Shown here in pieces: positions 17,220 to 24,833 of a DNA stretch of 24,833 nt. The stretch is from Candidatus Hodarchaeota archaeon (GTDB lineage Archaea; Asgardarchaeota; Heimdallarchaeia; Hodarchaeales; Hodarchaeaceae): the NCBI GenBank assembly GCA_016839785.1, contig JAEOTQ010000054.1:1-24833 (forward strand), read 5' to 3'. Position 1 is the first letter of the stretch. The number at the start of each line of letters is the position of its first letter. Below the pieces are notes generated by a model. The model was given only the letters and a program-made list of their open reading frames with translations, was not told where the DNA came from and did not search any database. Position numbers and translations under genes: made by a program.

Positions 17220-17939
17220 ATGAGAGACTACGTTGTACTTCGTGGGGCTATTTGGACTGAGTTTGATGAGCTTCGTGGAGCCAATCCACTCGTTTCGACT
17301 CCTAGTCAGCTTGATGATGAAATCGTCTTTAGTATATCACTCCGTGGTATGTCTGTATTTTCAAGTCGGCCTACTAATATTTCCTATTCTAAAATGATAG
17401 CTACTATTCCATTTCCAGAATATGAGGTATTTTCAGTATCAACCGTCCTTTATGAGTATTCTGAGGAAAGTAGGGGTGGATTTAAAATCAACCTAATTTC
17501 GATTCTCTTACCCGCGTTTTTTATGGAGAATTCTTGGGTTGATCTACGGCAAATTCAGGCAATTTTCCAACAGTACTTTTCCTCTTATGAAGGGGCTCCA
17601 GTTGAAGACAAATTGGCCGTTATTACGGCAATAGCTTCTGCAATTGATGTGATTCTTCAAAGAAAACTTGAAATCATTGATCAAGGAGAAAAAATTCGCG
17701 ATCAACTGCATCATTTTCTGGATTCGTATCACGTTCTTTCTCTTGAACAAGAGGAACAACAATTAGTTAAAACCCGTGTGAATACTCTGATTGTACTACT
17801 AGATCGGGTGTTAGAAGCAGGAGATTACGAACGTATACAACGAGCCCTTCAAAGAATGAACTTCATTCTTGAACAGGAACTTAGCGAGGAGCTGATAATG
17901 ATGTATCAGCAATCGCTCAGTCGTTTAGTTACGCTCTAA
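17220..17939 (+). CDS. Asgard-type longin/uDENN-like domain protein with helical C-terminus
   Basis: N-terminal IWTEFDELRGANPLVSTP resembles the FD...GP....P start of uDENN/longin folds; IPFPEY and SRGG...ISILL fit the beta-beta-alpha-beta-beta-beta-alpha pattern. Confidence 0.55.
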   Translation: MRDYVVLRGAIWTEFDELRGANPLVSTPSQLDDEIVFSISLRGMSVFSSRPTNISYSKMIATIPFPEYEVFSVSTVLYEYSEESRGGFKINLISILLPAFFMENSWVDLRQIQAIFQQYFSSYEGAPVEDKLAVITAIASAIDVILQRKLEIIDQGEKIRDQLHHFLDSYHVLSLEQEEQQLVKTRVNTLIVLLDRVLEAGDYERIQRALQRMNFILEQELSEELIMMYQQSLSRLVTL

Positions 17940-18069
17940 TAATTGATCTTTTATCGTAAAATCCGTTTTCTTATGAGGACTATACCCAATCCAATGAGAA
18001 TAACATACAAAAGTGAGATACTTGAAATTACGTTTCTTTGAAGGGCAAAAAAAGGGAGAGAAAAGTGGA

Positions 18070-18870
18070 CTAAATTGCAAATTCTCTTTTGTGAAAGATT
18101 AGAAGGGCACTGGTTAGAGCGACTATTCCAATTGAAACTACTATGATAATTTCACCTATCGGTAACATACCAGCTTCTTGAATAGCCCCCAGACTAAAGT
18201 AATTGAAGAGAGAAAGAGCTTCAAAATTCCCTATAGCCGCTAACATTCCACCCATACTATCCAGGAAATATTGACCTCCTATAACTAGCCCTGCTGCAGC
18301 CAAAGATTTACTTGAATCTAAGAAGATGGTAGCACAGAGTAAAGAAATTGCTCCTAATGCAAATAATAAGATAAAATACCCTAACGAATAATTGAGGACA
18401 AGAGATGTTGTTAATGATTCACCCAAAAACGAAGTTGCACCCAACATGATTCCTACCATAGAAATTGGGATAAATAGACTATAGGTCAAGTAAACACTAA
18501 ATTTTTCAAGTAAATATCTCCAACGAGGGATGGGTAGACTTAACATTATATCAAAAGTATTTTTATCAATTTCCGTGGATAACAATCGAGCAGGGATAAA
18601 GATTGCAACGAAAAGTAACAAAATATTCATCGTTCCTCCTGCATACATAAAAAGAGCTGCTTCCCACGTAGCTCCTAAACCAGATATGCCTAGGTCACCA
18701 ATAATTGCCTTCATAATGGGATTATCCATAGTTTCTAGCCGTTGTAGAATTAATTCTTGCATTGAAGGCCAACCAAGGGCAATCGTCCCTACAAACGCAA
18801 TGATTACTACTGGAGGGACAATTCCTGTTAACCATGATTTTTTTAAGTTTTTTAAATATATATGAACCAT
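18070..18870 (-). CDS. ABC-2 type exporter permease
   Basis: About 6 TM helices; EIDKNTFDIMLSLPIPRWRYLLEK; C-terminal FHKREF. Confidence 0.9.
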   Translation of the reverse strand: MVHIYLKNLKKSWLTGIVPPVVIIAFVGTIALGWPSMQELILQRLETMDNPIMKAIIGDLGISGLGATWEAALFMYAGGTMNILLLFVAIFIPARLLSTEIDKNTFDIMLSLPIPRWRYLLEKFSVYLTYSLFIPISMVGIMLGATSFLGESLTTSLVLNYSLGYFILLFALGAISLLCATIFLDSSKSLAAAGLVIGGQYFLDSMGGMLAAIGNFEALSLFNYFSLGAIQEAGMLPIGEIIIVVSIGIVALTSALLIFHKREFAI

Positions 18871-18890
18871 TTATTTCACCTTTACACCTA

Positions 18891-19832
18891 TCACCTATAA
18901 TACTGAAGAAAAATCTCCTCAAGATCGGCATCTTCACAAGTAAACCGTTTTAATTCGTATCTTGAAAGAAATTTTAGAACTTGGGTAACATCTTTTCCGA
19001 TTTTTAATTTGTAGGTATGAGGTTTGATGCATTCAACCGAAATTACTGTGTCTAGTTGGTTGAAATCTTCCTCTGTAGGGGTATTTTCCCCTGTAAATTG
19101 GATCATCATATTTTGTAGAAACTTGGATTTTAACTCCGTAACAGCCTCTACAAGAATCATTTCACCATTTCGGATAATTCCGACGCGGTCACAAATTGCT
19201 TGTACTTCTGCTAAATCGTGAGAGCTAAGAAATGTTGTTACTCCTTCCTTTTGAAGTTTTTTCAATATTTTATGAAAATTTGCGGTCATTAATGGATCAA
19301 GACCACTTGTTGGCTCATCCAAGATTAATAAAGACGGTTTTGATGCCATAACCGCGATAAGACCAACCTGTTGTCTATTACCTTTGGAAAGGGACTTTAT
19401 CTTCTTATGCAATTTTACTCGGAAGAGTGATCTGAGTTCTTGAAGAAATTCTTGATCAATAGGTCGGAATTTACCAAAATAGCTGATAAGTTCCTCACCA
19501 GTAAAGTTCTCGAAGAGAGCCATATCTCCTGGGACATAACCTATTCGTTTACGAATTTCTACTCGATCTTTCCTATGATCAAATCCAAAAATCTGAATTT
19601 TGCCTTTACCGAGTTTTAAATAATCTAGAATTGCTCGCATACTCGTGGTCTTTCCAGCACCATTAGGACCTAAAAAGCCGAAAATTTCTCCTCTTTTTAT
19701 TTGAAAGCTTACTTCATGAGCACCTCGCACGTGTTGACCGAATTGTATTCGGTTTCCAATCCGTATCTCTCGCCCATAAATCTTAGTTAAGTTTGAAACT
19801 TGAAGAATAGTTTCAGAAGCAGTTTCTGTCAC
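18891..19832 (-). CDS. ABC transporter ATP-binding protein
   Basis: Walker A GPNGAGKTT, signature LSKGNRQ, Walker B LILDEPTSGLDP, H-loop SSH. Confidence 0.95.
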   Translation of the reverse strand: MTETASETILQVSNLTKIYGREIRIGNRIQFGQHVRGAHEVSFQIKRGEIFGFLGPNGAGKTTSMRAILDYLKLGKGKIQIFGFDHRKDRVEIRKRIGYVPGDMALFENFTGEELISYFGKFRPIDQEFLQELRSLFRVKLHKKIKSLSKGNRQQVGLIAVMASKPSLLILDEPTSGLDPLMTANFHKILKKLQKEGVTTFLSSHDLAEVQAICDRVGIIRNGEMILVEAVTELKSKFLQNMMIQFTGENTPTEEDFNQLDTVISVECIKPHTYKLKIGKDVTQVLKFLSRYELKRFTCEDADLEEIFLQYYR

Positions 19833-20072
19833 TTTTTATTTCTCCGATTTTGATTTCTTGATATTTAGTATATGTTTTGTGTTTCTGCCGTTTGATTGCA
19901 CAACTGACGCAACATTTGAAACTCATGTCTATCTGAAGCTAAATTCTTTATAAGTTTTTTCGTAAATTCAAAAATCCAAAAAAACAAAAATTACAAAAAG
20001 TTAAATATGAATTAACAAAAAGCTCTACTAAGATAAAATGAATTACTCAAAGTAGTTCCGGGAATAGCAAAC

Positions 20073-21155
20073 ATGTCCAATAATCAAGATCCTCTTTTAT
20101 CGCTGAAAAATGATTATTTAACCTTCATTGCACAAGCGAACAAATCTTTGGGCTATAATCCGTATTTAAAAGGAGTTCTATTTGCTTTAATGTCCGAAGG
20201 AATATTAATTTCACAAGAACAAATTATGAGATTAACTGGGTATAGTCGATCGATGGTTTCAGAAATTTTAACAGAATTAACAGATTTTTCTAGCAGATTT
20301 CCTGTACGTGAGACCCGCAAACCAGGTGATAAGAAAAAATACTATAGTTGTTCTCTATCTTTTGTACAATATACCAAGATTCTAGCGAAAACTAATTTAG
20401 AGTCTTCTGAAACAAGTTATGAGTTTATAGATGCTCTTTTACCTCGTTTGGATGCACTTTTTCCACAAACCCCTGATATAAAGCATGTCTACGACTTGTT
20501 GAGCTTTCTCAAATCGACTTACTATAGTGTAAAGGCCTTGATTACTTATGTGGAGGATCAATTGGATTCGATCTTAGAAACAGGAAATTTTCCCGATATT
20601 AATCCTTATATTAAGAAAACTTTAGAAGAGAATAAACGATCATCCCATGTTCCCGAGATAGAAATACCAGACTCGGACACTCTTCCTCAAATAAAACACG
20701 ATTTTATATCATATCTACAAGATGTAATTCCTCCCTCAGGAAAACAGAGAGATCTAATCACCACCTATTTTGGTCTGTATTTGGAAAGGGAACCAGTGAC
20801 TCAAGAACAGCTCGGAGAACTATCAGGAGCTAGTCGAACCGCGATCTCTGAAACCCTTTCACTACTTACGAAAATCAGGAGCGCAAAACTGGTAAAAAAG
20901 CCTAAAGATCGAAAAAAATACTATTCTCCCATTATTAGCATGGCAGACTATAGTCTCTTAAAATATACAAACCAAAAACGGGTTTTTACTCAGATTAAGT
21001 CAGGAATCAATTCAGAGATATTACCTGAGCTACAAAGGATCACAGCAAATGAAAAAGAGAAAAATAAATTTGAGAAGTTCCTGAATGAAAATCTCTACTG
21101 TTATCAAATCCTAGAGGATTTCATTAGCCTAATGTACCAGACTTTTAGTCAGTAA
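20073..21155 (+). CDS. Tandem-duplicated winged-helix (GbsR/MarR-like) transcriptional regulator
   Basis: Two homologous halves: SQEQIMRLTGYSRSMVSEIL...KPGDKKKYYS and TQEQLGELSGASRTAISETL...KPKDRKKYYS; divergent from the ABC operon. Confidence 0.75.
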   Translation: MSNNQDPLLSLKNDYLTFIAQANKSLGYNPYLKGVLFALMSEGILISQEQIMRLTGYSRSMVSEILTELTDFSSRFPVRETRKPGDKKKYYSCSLSFVQYTKILAKTNLESSETSYEFIDALLPRLDALFPQTPDIKHVYDLLSFLKSTYYSVKALITYVEDQLDSILETGNFPDINPYIKKTLEENKRSSHVPEIEIPDSDTLPQIKHDFISYLQDVIPPSGKQRDLITTYFGLYLEREPVTQEQLGELSGASRTAISETLSLLTKIRSAKLVKKPKDRKKYYSPIISMADYSLLKYTNQKRVFTQIKSGINSEILPELQRITANEKEKNKFEKFLNENLYCYQILEDFISLMYQTFSQ

Positions 21156-21261
21156 GTTCTGCAACTGTTTAATTTGACAAACATTCTCTGCTTGCTTTTG
21201 CATTCATTACACTTTTAAGAAACAAGAATCTCTATATGCCAATCAAGGAAGGATTGGGTAT

Positions 21262-21957
21262 ATGCTGAAACAAAACAGATTCTTAATTGTCCTGTTCATT
21301 GTTGTATTCACTAAAGTGACATTAATCGAAGCTTGGAACGCTGTACCGCCAGCTGGAGAATCTCTCAGTGAGGGTACATTATCTTACTTTTCAAATAAAA
21401 CTTCTACCTTGGGCATTCCGTATCAACTACGGGCTTATTTTATTTTTAGAATTTATGACAATTTACGGTCTGATGGACAGATAAATGACAGCTTCTTCAG
21501 TACTTTTTTTTCATATTCATTTCATATCTACCCAACAATATATTTTAATTACCCAGAATGGGGATTAAATGATACAATCGTTACTGGCTTTACCAATATT
21601 TCTATCACCTATCGGGTGGAATACCCATCTGCTTCTACTGGTGCAACGTGGAAAATTAGTTCAATCTATGGAAGACCCACTTGTTCTGGGTTTGGAAGAG
21701 GTTGGTCTAGCACATATAATCAGAAAAGTGAGTACCCTGAAGTCATGATTAATCTATCATTCGGCGTGACATTTACAGAAGAGACGATTTATAATGAGAG
21801 TGTTCCCAATGAAACGGGGTGGTTAGAAGATGTCACTCATTTTAGGTATTATTATAGACACAAAACTGCGAAATTTAATCTGGATTTCCTTACTTTGGTT
21901 GCGTGTAGTACGGTATTCTTAGGCATTTCACGAAAACGACTCAGTTCGAAGAAATAA
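21262..21957 (+). CDS. Secreted/surface glycoprotein with C-terminal membrane anchor
   Basis: N-terminal signal peptide, seven N-x-S/T sequons, C-terminal hydrophobic helix plus basic tail RKRLSSKK. Confidence 0.75.
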   Translation: MLKQNRFLIVLFIVVFTKVTLIEAWNAVPPAGESLSEGTLSYFSNKTSTLGIPYQLRAYFIFRIYDNLRSDGQINDSFFSTFFSYSFHIYPTIYFNYPEWGLNDTIVTGFTNISITYRVEYPSASTGATWKISSIYGRPTCSGFGRGWSSTYNQKSEYPEVMINLSFGVTFTEETIYNESVPNETGWLEDVTHFRYYYRHKTAKFNLDFLTLVACSTVFLGISRKRLSSKK

Positions 21958-21983
21958 TCCGAAACGAATCTCGTTCCAAATCG

Positions 21984-22547
21984 TTATACAACATCAAATT
22001 CCAATGAAAAATTAGGGCCATCTTTAAATCTTAAAGGGGGTTCGATAAATAAGTAATATGTACCCACGGGAAGATAATTGATCCACAGTGCATCGTGGGA
22101 AGTATTTTCTTCATCAGTTGTTGCTAGATGAAAGGAAAAGGGTTCGGAAATCAGTGTTTCACCCAAAGTAAAAGCTCTATTTGCTTCGGTCAATGAAGGA
22201 CTTTGGGGAAAACCTTGAATAATATTCTTCGTTCCATTAAGGACGAAGTAATCTGCAGGCCAAAAATAACGGGTAAAATAAGGCATTGTATGGTTAATCA
22301 AACATGTAAAGTTTATTGTCAGAATAATATTTTCTCCATGATGATATTGAGTTTTATCTACACTTGCATTGAAGTACCAACGTTGGCTAAAAGGTAAGGA
22401 GGCTGGGTTAATAGGAGAGGAGTCACCATCATCTTCAGGTAGACTGTTAATAAATATAGAAGAGAGAACTATGCCCCCAATTATGAGAATCATGATTGTA
22501 GATACGAGGATGACAGCTTTAGAGGTGTTTACATTCATCATTTTCAC
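21984..22547 (-). CDS. N-terminally anchored surface protein with Ig-like beta-sandwich
   Basis: Single TM, acidic/Pro linker, VDKTQYHHGENIILTINFT...LPVGTYYL pattern, six sequons after the TM. Exact start among clustered Met codons uncertain. Confidence 0.7.
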   Translation of the reverse strand: MKMMNVNTSKAVILVSTIMILIIGGIVLSSIFINSLPEDDGDSSPINPASLPFSQRWYFNASVDKTQYHHGENIILTINFTCLINHTMPYFTRYFWPADYFVLNGTKNIIQGFPQSPSLTEANRAFTLGETLISEPFSFHLATTDEENTSHDALWINYLPVGTYYLFIEPPLRFKDGPNFSLEFDVV

Positions 22548-22769
22548 GGAAAATCAAATCGGAATTCTCAATATGACGTTATTTAATGTATCAGGACTTT
22601 TAAGATTTCTGTTGTATCAAATCATTTCTTGGGAGTATGGAAGGTATTGATTATACTTCTCAAAATAAGAGTCATATCACACCATTCTTCGTAATCCAAG
22701 TATTCCCTATCATTGTTAAATAAGCTCAGGATAAAGGAATGAAAGAAAGAGCGAAAATGGTTTCTATAG

Positions 22770-22807
22770 GAAAAAGAAGAAAAAAAGAGGGGAGCAAAAA
22801 AATGCTC
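22770..22807 (-). terminator. Hairpin + T-tract terminator of the actin gene
   Basis: Minus strand GAGCA-TTTTTT-TGCTC immediately after TAA, followed by long pyrimidine/T tracts. Confidence 0.6.
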
Positions 22808-23950
22808 TTAGATAGCTCGTTTGATAACGCCTGGACCTTGCTCTTGATATTCTTTGCGAGCAACCCAAAGGCGTTGGAATGTTTTAAGGGAGGAGAGAAT
22901 AGAGCCACCAATCCAAACAGAGTAACGGCGTTCGGGAGGGGCAACGATTCGGATTTCCACATTATCAGGGACAAGCTCGGTGAGTTCTTTGTGTAGACGT
23001 TCTTTTAATCCAGGGAACATAGTTGATCCACCAGATAGAACAATGTTTTGATAGAGTTCTTTTCGAAGGTCAATATCACAAAGTTGAACGGAGGCATAAA
23101 TAGCTTCATCTAAAGGAGTTTCTTCTTTTCCGATAGCACTTGGATTGAAGAATGCTTCAGGGGCTAAGAATCGTTCAGGACCAATAGTCAAAGTTTCACC
23201 ATCAGGTAAGGTATATTGCTTTTCCATACCAGAGACTTTTTCGGCTAACTTGAGTTCCTTTTCAGGATCAAGGGCAACATAACATAATCGCTCTTTAATA
23301 TCTCGAACAATTTCTCGCTCGGCGGAAGAGGTTAATGCACGTCCACGGGTACGTAATAATCGTCGTAGATATTCAGTAATATCACGGCCAGCAATATCAA
23401 TACGACTAATTGCATGAGCAATAGCGAATCCTTCATAGATGGGTACAATGTGTATAACACCATCACCCGCATCGATAACTAGACCAGTTGTTCTTCCAGA
23501 GGCATAGAGTGAAAGGACAGCTTGCATGGATACATACATTGCTGGAACATTAAATGTTTCAAAAAGGATTTCTGCCATCTTTTCTCGGTTCTTTCCTGGA
23601 TTGAGAGGAGCCTCGGTTAAGAGCACTGGATGTTCGCTTGGATTGACTCGTAAGTCATTGTGAAACGTATAGTGCCAAATTTTCTCCATGGCATCCCAGT
23701 CCGTAACTACTCCGTGTACAATGGGGTAAATAAGTTTCAATACACCCCGTAGATTCATAGCTTCTTCGCCTACATAGTATTCACGGACATAGTGGTCTAC
23801 GTCTGACATGATGGATTGGTATTTAGGGTACCCAATCAAAGTGGGAAAGACTGAACGAGGTTGATCCTCACCAGCATAACCATTTTTTGATAAACCAGTA
23901 CCATTATCAATAACGAGGGGTTTACCTGTAATTCCTTCTGCTAGGGACAT
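22808..23950 (-). CDS. Asgard actin (Lokiactin-like, close eukaryotic actin homologue), 380 aa
   Basis: [95 protein letters not shown] 23950 preferred over GTG 23959. Confidence 0.97.
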   Translation of the reverse strand: MSLAEGITGKPLVIDNGTGLSKNGYAGEDQPRSVFPTLIGYPKYQSIMSDVDHYVREYYVGEEAMNLRGVLKLIYPIVHGVVTDWDAMEKIWHYTFHNDLRVNPSEHPVLLTEAPLNPGKNREKMAEILFETFNVPAMYVSMQAVLSLYASGRTTGLVIDAGDGVIHIVPIYEGFAIAHAISRIDIAGRDITEYLRRLLRTRGRALTSSAEREIVRDIKERLCYVALDPEKELKLAEKVSGMEKQYTLPDGETLTIGPERFLAPEAFFNPSAIGKEETPLDEAIYASVQLCDIDLRKELYQNIVLSGGSTMFPGLKERLHKELTELVPDNVEIRIVAPPERRYSVWIGGSILSSLKTFQRLWVARKEYQEQGPGVIKRAI

Positions 23951-23980
23951 TTTTATCACATATTTTATTCGTTGTATTCT

Positions 23981-24080
23981 GCTTCTCGAACCGAAGTTTG
24001 GTAAGCCACTGTTTTTCTTGATTTCGGGGATTACCCTTTATATACTTGAACAGATATCGTTTCACTCGAGTAAGTGAAAC
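23981..24080 (-). promoter_or_regulatory. Actin promoter/leader: inverted repeat, TATA box, UUCG hairpin
   Basis: GTTTCACT-N6-AGTGAAAC (24059-24080); TATATAAA on the minus strand (24044-24037); AAC-TTCG-GTT hairpin (23998-23989). Confidence 0.5.
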
Positions 24081-24736
24081 TGTTTCTGCGGGTTCGATTG
24101 GCTTAATGCAGGTCAAAGATATTGTTGTTTTATTATAAAGGTTACCTTTCGCTAGATGAAGATCTTTAAACAAGTTTTATGCCAGTTTTATAGGTGGAAT
24201 CATTCATTCCCACATGATAAATGATGGGATTCTTTAGTACTGGACTTTTGTTGCGTCTTTTCCAAAAAAGATGGGGAATCAGCCAATTATGGTGCACGAA
24301 AAGATTCTCTAGTAAAACTCTCCGACTAAAATAATTTACGCTTTGAATGGTGAATATGGAGTAGAGGTTTAATTAATTAAACATTCTTCAATACTTCCAA
24401 ATGTAAATTGAAAATATTACTATTTAATTCTTTTTCTAATATTTCAGTCAGTTTAAATTCGTAAAAAGCGAATCTTTTATCATAAGTTTCAATAGATTGA
24501 TTAAAATTCTGATTTCGTGCGTTTATGAGTTTAATAATTTCTGAAGTTTTCAGGGAGCTGGATAATAGCTCGATATAATGACTGCTAATAATTGCTCAAA
24601 GTACTTGCTCGTTAATCAATTTAAAAAACTATAAAAAATCCCTTGGGATTATGGTGATTATCTACTAAATTCTAAGGAAGAAAGATAACTTCTTCCATTA
24701 GATTGAAATTTCAAGAATTCTCATGAGGTTTATTCT

Positions 24737-24833
24737 ATGTCACAAGAAAAATATCGTTTTGATTTAAGTGATGGATTTGGAAAAGAGGATATATTTGCAA
24801 TATTCGGCTCAATTTGGCATTTTTTTGCATTCA
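24737..24833 (+). CDS. Start of a hypothetical protein, truncated by the window edge (MSQEKYRFDLSDGFGKEDIFAIFGSIWHFFAF...)
   Basis: GAGGT SD upstream of ATG 24737; frame open to the end of the window. Confidence 0.6.
   Translation, partial: MSQEKYRFDLSDGFGKEDIFAIFGSIWHFFAF

Noticed and set aside
18876-18896. Three tandem AGGTG motifs between the ABC genes
   Set aside because: Explained by the stop codon plus Shine-Dalgarno sequence in a coupled operon.
55-24173. Short ORFs overlapping or antisense to real genes (e.g. 55-276, 378-623, 1478-1663, 3903-4085, 6040-6300, 7222-7596, 8053-8292, 9203-9490, 11715-11954, 14666-15439, 16662-16940, 17544-17762, 18530-19221, 22203-22996, 23922-24173)
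   Set aside because: Shadow frames of well-supported genes with no recognisable motifs.
1-24833. CRISPR array, tRNA/rRNA genes, transposases
   Set aside because: No regularly spaced repeats, cloverleaf or rRNA signatures, or transposase motifs seen by eye.

Overview
An AT-rich archaeal chromosomal window, almost certainly from an Asgard archaeon and most plausibly Heimdallarchaeia/Hodarchaeales. This is an inference from a near-eukaryotic actin (22808-23950), a longin/uDENN-like protein, a chemoreceptor, archaeal TATA boxes and oligo-T terminators. Recognisable genes: a 5'-truncated receiver/PPDK_N (PEP-synthase-like) protein, beta-carbonic anhydrase, TlyA-like RNA methyltransferase, SPFH protein, DsrE-like protein, a TldD/TldE pair, an orphan DUF1156 DNA methylase, two thioredoxin-fold proteins, an MCP, an ArsR regulator, an ABC exporter pair, a tandem GbsR/MarR-like regulator, two glycosylated surface proteins and actin. 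Several signals lie outside the ORF track. (1) A ~350-nt intergenic element (15627-15986) is bounded by imperfect inverted repeats, packed with hairpins and ends in an H-type pseudoknot; it is a candidate novel structured ncRNA or MITE. (2) A 36-aa, 50% K/R microprotein lies in frame with, and one TGA before, the TlyA-like gene. (3) One gene is split by a single in-frame TAA. (4) The actin promoter/leader has a palindrome and a cUUCGg hairpin. I recognised no tRNA, rRNA, CRISPR array or transposase. All family assignments come from motif recognition by eye, not database searches.
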